In this document: positions 53,790 through 64,000 of the stretch, in pieces
Layout: every line of letters begins with the position of its first letter
Numbering within the stretch: position 1 is the first letter of the stretch
From: Clostridium sp. CAG:567
GTDB taxonomy: Bacteria; Bacillota; Clostridia; TANB77; CAG-508
NCBI GenBank assembly: GCA_000437855.1
Contig: FR902170.1
Coordinates: 28,692-92,691, forward strand
Direction: 5' to 3'
Length of the DNA stretch: 64,000 nucleotides
Program-made: the position numbers and the translations under genes
Notes under the pieces: model-generated
The model's database searches: none
What the model saw: the letters and a program-made list of their open reading frames with translations, nothing else
Told to the model about the DNA's origin: nothing

Positions 53790-54795
53790 GTGTTAGATAA
53801 TAGAAAAAAACAAATCTTACAAGCAATAATAGAAGAATATATTAACACAGCAGAACCGGTTAGCTCAGGAGCACTAGTACAAAAATATAATTTAGACTAT
53901 AGCAGTGCAACAATCAGAAATGAAATGGCAGACTTAGAAAAAAGTGGTTACTTAGATAAACCACATACCTCAAGTCGGCAGAGTTCCATCAGCAAAAGGT
54001 TACAGGCTATATGTAGACGAACTATTAAAAGATGAGGACATCAGCTTAGAAGAAATAAAATACATACAATCTAAATTAGAAACTAGAGTTAATGAAATAG
54101 AAGAGTTAACTAAAATAGCCACAAATACATTATCAGAAGTAACACATTATACATCAGTTGCAATTGGACCTAAAACAAATCTTCAAAACATAGAAGAAGT
54201 AAAATTTGTTTTGCTAGGAACTAGAATGTTAATGGCAGTTATACTTACAGATACCGGAATTATAAAAGAAACAATTATTAAATTTGATGAAGATATTACA
54301 GAAGAACAAGTAAATACATTAAATTTCATATTTAATAATAAGCTTAAAGGAAAGCCTATAGACGAAATAGATAGACCTTTAGAAGAATACATCTTTTCAG
54401 AAATGAACTATAGTTTAAATGTTATAAAACCAATAATGCAACAACTTGATAAAGTAATAAATGAAGAAGCAAAAGTTTATTTAGAAGGAACCAACAAAGT
54501 ATTCGAGCTTCCAGAATTTAAAAGTCTAGAAGTAGCTAAAAACTTTGTAAATCTAATAGACACAAAACAAGTTATGTTAGACTTATTAAATACGGGATTT
54601 GCAAAAGATATAAATGTGTATATTGGTGATGAAAATGAAAATGAACAATTAAAAGATTTCAGTATAATAACATTTAAGCATAGATATCAAGATAAAGACT
54701 TAGGAACTATTGGAATTATAGGACCAAAAAGAATGGATTACTCAAAAGTTATTTCGGTTATGAAATATATTAGTAAAAAATTAAATGGACAATAA
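53790..54795 (+). pseudogene. hrcA: Heat-inducible repressor HrcA, interrupted by a +1 frameshift at about nt 53976
   Basis: Frame 0 gives [27 protein letters not shown].......[25 protein letters not shown], then nonsense and a stop at 54033-54035. Frame 1 is open from 53977 and reads [17 protein letters not shown]...VAIGPK... through to the listed 54211-54795 ORF. Deleting C53976 restores [14 protein letters not shown]. Confidence 0.85.
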
Positions 54796-54811
54796 AGAAA
54801 GGAGAAATGAA

Positions 54812-55345
54812 ATGGCAGAAGGAAAACATGCAATGGAAAAAGGTAAAAAAGAAGTCAAACAAGAAACTAAAGAATCAAAACAAAATGATGAAATAATTGA
54901 AATAAAAAAAGAAAATGAAACTCTTAAAATTCAATTAGATGAAACAAATGACAGATTAAAAAGAATTGCTGCTGAATTTGATAATTATAAAAAAAGAAAT
55001 GAAAAAGAGAAAGTTGGAATGTATAGCTCGGTTATGGCTGATGTAGTATCTAACTTTTTACCAGTAATAGATAATCTAGAAAAAGCAGTAGCAAGCCAAA
55101 CAGAAGATGAAGGCTATAAACAAGGGGTAGAACTTGTTTTAAAACAATTTAAAGATGTACTAAAAGCAAATGGAGTAACTGAAATTGAAGCAGTTGGAAA
55201 AACTTTTGATCCAGAACTTCATGAAGCTGTAAGTTTAGTAGTAGATGAAAACTTAGGAGAAAAAGAAGTAAAAGAAGAGTATAGAAAAGGCTATAAAATA
55301 GGTGATAAAGTTATTCGTCACTCGATGGTAGTTGTAGCCAATTAA
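54812..55345 (+). CDS. grpE: Nucleotide exchange factor GrpE
   Basis: Coiled coil, then R..AEFDN.KKR..KE, ...LP.IDNLE.A and FDP..HEA.......  ...V.....KGY....KVIR...V.V. The ATG at 54812 follows AGGAGA. Confidence 0.9.
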   Translation: MAEGKHAMEKGKKEVKQETKESKQNDEIIEIKKENETLKIQLDETNDRLKRIAAEFDNYKKRNEKEKVGMYSSVMADVVSNFLPVIDNLEKAVASQTEDEGYKQGVELVLKQFKDVLKANGVTEIEAVGKTFDPELHEAVSLVVDENLGEKEVKEEYRKGYKIGDKVIRHSMVVVAN

Positions 55346-55464
55346 ACAAATGAAAAGCATCGTCTAACTTTGTTAAACTTCATAAATTTTCTTTCGATAT
55401 ACATTTGTATAATCTCAAGAAAATTTACTCGTTTGCCTCGTTATACTCGCTTTTGATTTGTTTA
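55343..55464. repeat. Hairpin-nested intergenic element, copy 3 (divergent core)
   Basis: 15/16-bp inverted repeat TAAACAAATGAAAAGC (55343-55358, beginning with the grpE stop) / GCTTTTGATTTGTTTA (55449-55464). Inner hairpin TAAATTTTCTT / AAGAAAATTTA. AAAATTTACTCGTTTGCCTCG resembles the copy 1 left core TTAATTTACTCGGCACGTCG. Confidence 0.5.
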
Positions 55465-55517
55465 GTAATTAAATAGATATTAATTTTAAAATATATATAA
55501 ATTTAGAAAGGAAGTAA

Positions 55518-57343
<1,826 letters not shown>

Positions 57344-57344
<1 letters not shown>

Positions 57345-58501
57345 TGGCTACAAAAAAGGACTATTATGAGGTATTAGGCGTAAATAAAAATGCAACTGAT
57401 GAAGAATTAAAAAAGGCATATAGAAAACTTGCAAAACAATACCATCCAGATGCTAACCCTGATAACAAAGAAGAGGCAGAGAAAAAGTTTAAAGAAGTAA
57501 ATGAAGCTTATGAAACTTTGTCAAACCCTCAAAAAAGAAAGATGTATGACCAATTTGGAGCAGATGGACCTCAAGGCTTCGGAGGCGGAGCCGGAGGACC
57601 ATTTGGTGGTACATATACATATTCAACAGGTTTTGATGGATTTAGTGATTTTGGAGATTTAGGAGATATATTTTCTTCTTTCTTTGGTGGAGGATTTGGA
57701 GGTTCTTCTAGAGGTACAAGAAAAAATGGACCTAAAAAAGGTGCAGATTTACGCTATGATATAGATATAAGTTTTGAAGAATCTTTCTTAGGAACAGAAA
57801 GATATGTAACAATAAATAGAAATGAAACTTGCAATACTTGCCATGGAGAAGGAACGAAACCAGGAACACATCCTGAAACATGTAGTGTATGTCATGGAAG
57901 TGGACAGATTAAACAAGTACAAACTACAATACTTGGACAAATGCAAACAACTAGAACATGTACAAATTGCCATGGTACAGGTAAAGTTATTACAAATCCT
58001 TGTGAAACTTGTAAAGGTAAAGGAACAGTTAGAAATCAGGTACGTTTAACGGTAAAAATTCCTGCGGGTGTTGATGATGGTCAAACAATAGTAATGCAAG
58101 GAGAAGGCGAGCCAGGAACAAATGGTGGACTAAAGGGAGATTTATATGTATTGATACATGTAAAAAGACATAGCATTTATAGCAGAAAAGGCAATAATGT
58201 CCTTTGTGATGTACCAATTACATTTACTCAAGCTACATTAGGAGCAGAACTTAAAATACCAATGGTGGATGGAACAACTGAAACTTATAAAATTCCAGAC
58301 GCAACTCAAACTGGTACAAAGTTTGTTATAAGAAATAAAGGATTTAAAGGTGTAAACAGTAGTGCACAAGGTGACTTTGTATTTACTGTACAAGTACAAG
58401 TTCCTAAAAAATTAACATCAGAACAAAGAGACTTGCTAATGCAACTTGCAAAAACTATGAATGAACAGCCACCAATTAAGAAAAAAGGTTTGTTTGGATA
58501 A
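57344..58501 (+). CDS. dnaJ: Co-chaperone DnaJ
   Basis: J domain (DYYEVLGV...A...[15 protein letters not shown]), G/F region, four CxxCxGxG zinc-finger repeats. Confidence 0.95.
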
Positions 58502-58523
58502 AATTTAATTATATATTAACTAT

Positions 58524-58568
58524 AAAAAACCACTAATATATACAGTAAATGTTATTAGTGGTTTTTAT
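58524..58568 (+). terminator. Rho-independent terminator of the dnaK operon
   Basis: AAAAACCACTAATA / TATTAGTGGTTTTT stem with T-tail. Confidence 0.75.
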
Positions 58569-58665
58569 ATGTTGGAAAACCTTAAAAATTTATTAAAATA
58601 CTTTGCTTTTTTGGGAATATATTATATAATATACATGTTAAAATTTATCCAAGGGAGGATATTTT

Positions 58666-61311
58666 ATGGGAAACAAACAGAAGCACTCAAGTGATACTAA
58701 ACAATATAAAATAAAAAGAAGTAGAAGAGAAAATAAGGCAGATACAATAAAAGTAAGAAAGCATCCAAAACTTAGAAAAGTAATACTAATATTTATAATA
58801 TTAGTTCTTTTATTAATGCTTGTAGGTGGAGGTGTATTGGCTGGAATATTCTTTAGTGATAAATGGGCGATTACTAGAGAAGAACTAATTGCAAGTGGAA
58901 ACTCAGAAGTATATGATTCAGAAGGAAAACAAATAGCTGTATTATCAGCTTCAGAAGGAAATGAAAATAGAAAAGTAATTACATTAGATCAAATGGGAAA
59001 ATACACTGCAAATGCATACATAGCAATAGAGGATAAAAGATTTTATGAGCATTCTGGAGTAGATATTTTAAGAACTGGAAAAGCAACATTGAGCTATTTA
59101 CTAAATAAAGGAAGTTCGGATGTTGGTGGAGGAAGTACAATTACACAACAATTAGTAAAAAACATAATGAAAGATAAAGCTGATACTGGAACCGCTGGAA
59201 TTGAAAGAAAGATTCGTGAAATGTCAAGAGCGTATAAAATTGAAAGTATGCTAACTAAAAACCAGATTATTGAAAAATATTTAAATATAATATTTGTTGG
59301 TGGAAATGATCTTCATGGTGTAGAATATGGTGCACAATATTATTTCGCAAAATCAGCAAAAGACTTGGATTTAGCAGAGTCTGCATTTTTAGCAGGAATA
59401 AATGATGGACCAAACATGTATGATCCTTATGACAAAGAAAATGACCATAGTGAATTAATAGAATCAAGAACTAAATTAGTATTACGTTTTATGAAAGAAC
59501 AAAACAGAATTAGTGATAATCCTGAAGAGGCAGAAAAACTTTATAATGAGGCAGTAGAAAAAGTTGAAAAAGGCTTAAAATTCAAAAAAGGAAAAATACA
59601 AATTGGTGAGATTTCATACTTTGTATATGAAGCTGTTAATGATGCAGCAAAAGATTTAGCAGAAGCAAAAGATATAGACTTTAAAGAAGCAAAAGCTATG
59701 ATTCAATCTGGAGGGTATAAACTATATACAACACAAGTAACATCAATTCAAAATGCTGTTTTAAAAGAAATGGCAAAAGAAAGTTATGTACAAACTAAAA
59801 ATAGTGGTAAGAAAGATGAAAATGGAAAGAAAATAGTATATAGAACTCAAGCTGGAACAACAATTATAGAACCAACAACAGGAAAAGTTGTTGCAATGGG
59901 TGGAGCACTAGGAAGTGATCAAGGAACAAATCATAATTATGCAATGAGTGAAAGACAAACAGGTTCATCAATAAAACCACTTGTTGACATTGCACCTGGA
60001 TTAGAAGAAAAAGCAATAACAGCTTCAACAGTTTTTGACGATACAAGAACACAGTTTAAAGGATTAACTTATATTCCTAAAAATGCAGGGGGATATCAAG
60101 GTTTATGTACAGTTAGAAAAGCTATTGAGGTTTCATCAAATATAGTAAATATGAAAGTACTATATACAGTTGGAATTAATAAAGCAATTGATTATTTACA
60201 TGAATTTGGACTTACAACATATACAAAAGAAGAAGACTCAATGCTTACATTAGGAATTGGTGGAGCGACACATGGATCAAGTACATTACAAATGGCAGCT
60301 GCGTATGCAACATTAGCAAATAAGGGCGTATATATAGAACCAACATTTTATACAAAATTAACAGACAGTGAAGGAAAAACTGTTGTAGAACCAAAACAAG
60401 AAAACAGAAGAGTTATTTCAGAAGCAAATGCTTTTATTATATCAGATATATTAACAGATGTTGTTACAGGTTATAGTGGAACTGCAAATGCTTGTGCAAT
60501 ATCTGGAATGGATGTAGCTTGTAAAACAGGAACTACAGATAGTGATACAAATGTATGGCTTTGTGGATACACGCCATATTATGCAGGTGCAACATGGTAT
60601 GGATTTGATGCAGGAGAAATTGAATTATATCAAATTTGGGCAGCTAGAAGTATATGGGCTAATATAATGAAAAATGTACATAAAGGATTAGAGAAAAAAC
60701 GTTTTAAAAAGCCAGATGGTGTTGTAACAGCTGTGGTTTGCAGAGACAGTGGCAAAATAGCAACAAAAGACTGTAATAGAACATATACTGAATATTTTAC
60801 TAAGGGAAATACACCAAAAGCATGTGATGGTCATGAGGTAGTAAAAATATGTAAAGAATCTAAAAAAGTTGCAACAGAATATTGCTTAGAGACTGAAGAA
60901 AAAGTATATACAGCAAAACCAGAAAAAGAAAATAATAGTAACTGGACAGTCTTAGGAAAAGACAAATATGCAGTACCAACTGAAAAATGTAGTATTCACA
61001 CAGAAGAGAATAGTACAATAATAATACCAAATTTAGTAGGTAAAACAGAAGCTGAAGCGAAAGCAAACTTGTCAATACTAAATGTTCAAATTATTTATGA
61101 AACACATGAAGATCAAGATGATGGAATAGTTATTAAACAAAGCCTAGAAGAGGGAGCAAAGGTTATTAGAGGTACTAATATTGTAATTACAGTAAACAGA
61201 AAACAAACTACACCACCAGACTTAAACACGGAAAAACTACCAGAGGAAAACAATGAAAATAATGAAAATAATGAAAACAATAGTACATCGGGTAACACAA
61301 CAACCCCATAA
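58666..61311 (+). CDS. Class A penicillin-binding protein (GT51 glycosyltransferase + transpeptidase + PASTA domain)
   Basis: N-terminal TM. GT51 motifs AIEDKRFYEHSGVD, GGSTITQQLVKN and RKIRE. Transpeptidase motifs GSSIKP, SSN and KTGT. PASTA-like IPNLVGKTEAEAK...L. The tail holds four tandem 9-nt units (61249-61284, about 3.5 exact copies; NENNENNENNEN). Confidence 0.88.
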   Translation: MGNKQKHSSDTKQYKIKRSRRENKADTIKVRKHPKLRKVILIFIILVLLLMLVGGGVLAGIFFSDKWAITREELIASGNSEVYDSEGKQIAVLSASEGNENRKVITLDQMGKYTANAYIAIEDKRFYEHSGVDILRTGKATLSYLLNKGSSDVGGGSTITQQLVKNIMKDKADTGTAGIERKIREMSRAYKIESMLTKNQIIEKYLNIIFVGGNDLHGVEYGAQYYFAKSAKDLDLAESAFLAGINDGPNMYDPYDKENDHSELIESRTKLVLRFMKEQNRISDNPEEAEKLYNEAVEKVEKGLKFKKGKIQIGEISYFVYEAVNDAAKDLAEAKDIDFKEAKAMIQSGGYKLYTTQVTSIQNAVLKEMAKESYVQTKNSGKKDENGKKIVYRTQAGTTIIEPTTGKVVAMGGALGSDQGTNHNYAMSERQTGSSIKPLVDIAPGLEEKAITASTVFDDTRTQFKGLTYIPKNAGGYQGLCTVRKAIEVSSNIVNMKVLYTVGINKAIDYLHEFGLTTYTKEEDSMLTLGIGGATHGSSTLQMAAAYATLANKGVYIEPTFYTKLTDSEGKTVVEPKQENRRVISEANAFIISDILTDVVTGYSGTANACAISGMDVACKTGTTDSDTNVWLCGYTPYYAGATWYGFDAGEIELYQIWAARSIWANIMKNVHKGLEKKRFKKPDGVVTAVVCRDSGKIATKDCNRTYTEYFTKGNTPKACDGHEVVKICKESKKVATEYCLETEEKVYTAKPEKENNSNWTVLGKDKYAVPTEKCSIHTEENSTIIIPNLVGKTEAEAKANLSILNVQIIYETHEDQDDGIVIKQSLEEGAKVIRGTNIVITVNRKQTTPPDLNTEKLPEENNENNENNENNSTSGNTTTP

Positions 61312-61326
61312 AATAGGAGGATGCTT

Positions 61327-62727
61327 ATGGCAATACAATTATATAATACATTAACTAAAACAAAAGAAGACTTTAAACCAATAGAAGGAAATACAGTTCG
61401 AATGTATTCTTGTGGACCTACAGTATATAGCTATGCACATATTGGTAATTTTAGAACTTATGTTTTTATGGATACTTTAAGAAGAGTACTAGAATATAAT
61501 GGCTATGAATTAAAACATGTAATGAATATTACAGATGTAGGACATTTGGAGTCTGACGCTGATGAAGGCGAAGATAAAATGGAAAAAGCAGCAAGAAAAG
61601 AAAATAAGGATCCTTATGAAATTGCTAATTTTTATACACATAAATTTTTTATTGATATGGCAAGATTAAATATTGAAAAACCTGAAATTATTGCAAAAGC
61701 TACAGATCATATACAAGAAATGCTAGAATTTGTTCAAGGATTAATAAAGAACGGATATGCTTATGAAACAAGCAAAGGAATATATTTTGATATATCAAAA
61801 TTAGATAAATATCCAGTTTTATCTAATAGAAAGTTAGATGACCAAATTGCAGGAGCAAGGGTTGATGTTGATACTGAAAAGAAAAATCCTTATGACTTTG
61901 CTTTATGGATAAAAGCACCTGAAAACCATATTATGAAATGGGAGAGTCCTTGGGGATTATCATATCCTGGATGGCATATAGAGTGCTCTGCAATGGGAAG
62001 AAAATATCTTGGAGATCAATTTGATATTCATACAGGTGGAATTGATCATATTCCAACACATCATGAAAATGAAATTGCACAAAGTAAAGGGCTAACAGGA
62101 AAAATACCTGCTAAAACATGGATGCATGTTGAATTTTTACAAGTTGATGGTGGAAAGATGTCAAAGTCTTTAGGAAATACTTACATATTAGACCAACTAC
62201 AAGAAAAAGGAATTGAACCACTTGCATATAAGTTGTTCTGCTTTACAGCACACTATCGTACAAAATTAAATTTTACATTTGACACTGCTTTAGCAACTCA
62301 AAAAGCTTTAACAAGACTAAGAGAAGGATTTGTAAAACATCAACAAGGAACAGAAAATATAGATGAACAAGAAATAAAGGAATATGAAAATAAATTTTTG
62401 GAAACAATAAATGATGATTTGAATATGCCTGCTGCAATGGGAATTGTATGGGAAATAGTAAGAAATGAACATAAATCAAATCACTTTGCAGAACTTCTAT
62501 TAAAATTTGATAAAGTACTTGGATTAGATTTAGAAAATAGTAAAAAATATTTAGAAGAAAGTAAAAATGTAGAATTACCAGAAGATATTCAAGATTTGAT
62601 TGAAAAAAGAAAAGAAGCTAGAGAAAATAAAGATTGGTCATTATCAGACCGAATAAGAGATGAATTAAAAGAAAAAGGATATATAGTTAAAGATACAAAA
62701 GAAGGAATGACAATAGAAAAAGTGTAA
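61327..62727 (+). CDS. cysS: Cysteine--tRNA ligase
   Basis: CGPTVY.YAHIGNFR (HIGH), KMSKSLGN, C-terminal DALR/anticodon domain. The ATG at 61327 is 6 nt after AGGAGG; the 61321 ATG abuts the RBS. Confidence 0.92.
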   Translation: MAIQLYNTLTKTKEDFKPIEGNTVRMYSCGPTVYSYAHIGNFRTYVFMDTLRRVLEYNGYELKHVMNITDVGHLESDADEGEDKMEKAARKENKDPYEIANFYTHKFFIDMARLNIEKPEIIAKATDHIQEMLEFVQGLIKNGYAYETSKGIYFDISKLDKYPVLSNRKLDDQIAGARVDVDTEKKNPYDFALWIKAPENHIMKWESPWGLSYPGWHIECSAMGRKYLGDQFDIHTGGIDHIPTHHENEIAQSKGLTGKIPAKTWMHVEFLQVDGGKMSKSLGNTYILDQLQEKGIEPLAYKLFCFTAHYRTKLNFTFDTALATQKALTRLREGFVKHQQGTENIDEQEIKEYENKFLETINDDLNMPAAMGIVWEIVRNEHKSNHFAELLLKFDKVLGLDLENSKKYLEESKNVELPEDIQDLIEKRKEARENKDWSLSDRIRDELKEKGYIVKDTKEGMTIEKV

Positions 62728-62743
62728 AAGAAGGGAAATTAAA

Positions 62744-63817
62744 GTGGAAGAAGAAGTAAAAATTTCATTTTGGAAAAAACTAAAAATAAGTATATTTGGA
62801 TTAGAAGAATATCAAAAATTAATTGTACAAAAAACAAGAAAAACAATATTTTATGTAATTATCTTAATGCTAATTTTTGCCTTCTTCTTAAGCTTTGCGT
62901 TGACATATAAATTTAGTCAAAAGGTAACAGAAGTAAAAAAATATATTGAAGAAAATATAGAAACTTTGGAATTTGATAATGGAAAATTATCAGTTTCTGG
63001 TAAGGAAAGTAATGTTATTCAAACGGACAAACTATATGATGGCAAAATTATTATAGATACTGAAGAAAATATAAGCAATGAAAAATTAGAAAAATATAAA
63101 GATGATATAAAAAGTTATTATAATGGAATTATAATTCTAAGAGACACAGTAATGATTAGAAGTATTACAGGTACATTTACAACAATATCATTAGAAGAAG
63201 TTTCAGATAAATTTAATTTAGTAAAATTAAATAAACAAGACATAATAAGTGTTTTTTCTTCGAATAATGTTTATAGTATATATATATCTTTCTATATAGT
63301 GATGTTTGTTTACATGTTTATTATATATTTATCAACTACATTACTAGATGCTATATTATATTCTTTTTTAGGATATATAACAGGAATTTCGGTTAACTTA
63401 AGAATCAGATATAAAAATGTATACAATGTTGCTATATATAGTATGACTTTACCAATTATATTAAATTTAATTTATATGATTGTTAATATTTTAACAGGTT
63501 ATACAATTAAATATTTTTCTATTTTATATATGGCAATTACATGCATTTATGTTATTGCTGCAATATTGATAATTAGATCTGAAATAATAAAAAAACAAAT
63601 AGAGCTTTCAAAGATTTTAGAAGAGCAAGAAAAAGTTAGACAAGAAATAGAGGAGAAAGAAAGACAAAAAAAGGAAGAAGAAGAAAAGGAAAAAAATCGT
63701 AAAAAAGACGAGAAAGAAAGACAAGAACAAAAGAAGAAAAAACAAGAAAATAAAAAAACACCTAAAACTGGAGAAAATCCAGAGCCACAAGCTAATATAA
63801 AAACAGAGGAGTTTTAA
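62744..63817 (+). CDS. DUF1189-like polytopic membrane protein with K/E-rich tail
   Basis: N-terminal F...L..S.F....Y..L......K.I.Y...L.LI, several TM helices, and a C-terminal EEKERQKKEEEEKEK low-complexity tail. GTG start. Confidence 0.5.
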   Translation: MEEEVKISFWKKLKISIFGLEEYQKLIVQKTRKTIFYVIILMLIFAFFLSFALTYKFSQKVTEVKKYIEENIETLEFDNGKLSVSGKESNVIQTDKLYDGKIIIDTEENISNEKLEKYKDDIKSYYNGIIILRDTVMIRSITGTFTTISLEEVSDKFNLVKLNKQDIISVFSSNNVYSIYISFYIVMFVYMFIIYLSTTLLDAILYSFLGYITGISVNLRIRYKNVYNVAIYSMTLPIILNLIYMIVNILTGYTIKYFSILYMAITCIYVIAAILIIRSEIIKKQIELSKILEEQEKVRQEIEEKERQKKEEEEKEKNRKKDEKERQEQKKKKQENKKTPKTGENPEPQANIKTEEF

Positions 63818-63838
63818 GAATAAAGGAGAAACTTTAAA

Positions 63839-64000
63839 ATGAGCAATGATAACAAGCCAAAGCAAAACAAAAAAACATCTATTTATTTTATAATTGCTGG
63901 TATTATACTGATTATAGCCATAGTAGCAGGTATTTTTTGGATGAATTCTAAAAAAGATAAAGAGGAAAAAACTATTAGCTATACAGACCTTATTAAACAA
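63839..64000 (+). CDS. 5' part of a membrane protein gene, possibly ftsH (runs off the window)
   Basis: ATG 63839 follows AAAGGAGA. MSNDNKPKQNKKTSIYFIIAGIILIIAIVAGIFWMNSKKDKEEKTISYTDLIKQ. The TM followed by ISY.(D/E)(L/F) resembles FtsH N-termini. Only 54 codons are visible. Confidence 0.3.
   Translation, partial: MSNDNKPKQNKKTSIYFIIAGIILIIAIVAGIFWMNSKKDKEEKTISYTDLIKQ

Noticed and set aside
61249-61284. Tandem 9-nt repeat (GAAAA(C/T)AAT, four units, about 3.5 exact copies) near the PBP 3' end, considered as a CRISPR or VNTR
   Set aside because: It is far too short and uniform for a CRISPR array. It encodes an NENNENNENNEN low-complexity tail. It could vary in length between strains but is otherwise unremarkable.

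Overview
AT-rich (by eye about 30% G+C) chromosomal segment from a low-GC, spore-forming Firmicute, probably Clostridia. It carries spo0A, a SpoIVFB-type M50 protease with an M23 partner, yyaC, and a spoVM too short for the ORF track. Most of the window is ordinary syntenic housekeeping DNA. This includes rpsF-ssb-rpsR, nth, rpmB, tcdA, ruvA, rarA, an SPFH/NfeD pair, dapA/dapB, sufCB and mutS2. It also includes rimP-nusA-ylxR-ylxQ-infB-rbfA-nrnA-truB, prmC-whiA, hemW / hrcA-grpE-dnaK-dnaJ, a class A PBP and cysS. The unusual content is as follows. (1) Two paralogous pilin-like surface-protein genes (32314-33642 and 51792-53555) share a conserved 5' module. Each ends in a 130-140 nt block that is A-depleted, about 50% G+C and rich in NNC codons, placed where diversity-generating retroelement (DGR) variable regions sit in C-type-lectin folds. 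No reverse transcriptase or template repeat is visible in the window. (2) An NrdD (class III RNR) homologue keeps the ATP-cone but lacks the thiyl-radical Cys and the whole Zn-ribbon/glycyl-radical C-terminus. (3) Three copies of a short intergenic element each sit inside a copy-specific 16-19 bp inverted repeat directly 3' of ruvA, whiA and grpE. (4) A roughly 180 nt GC-enriched structured RNA candidate with 6S-like architecture lies upstream of prmC. (5) Two genes, an HI0933-type flavoprotein and hrcA, are broken by the same kind of +1 frameshift (an extra C in T-C-GG). (6) A eukaryotic-type UDP-GlcNAc pyrophosphorylase sits in tandem with a GlmU whose GxGTR loop is degenerate. I recognised no tRNA, rRNA, CRISPR array, transposase, integrase, Cas or reverse-transcriptase gene. 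All family assignments come from motif recognition by eye and memory, not from searches. Base counts quoted were done by hand on the stated coordinates.
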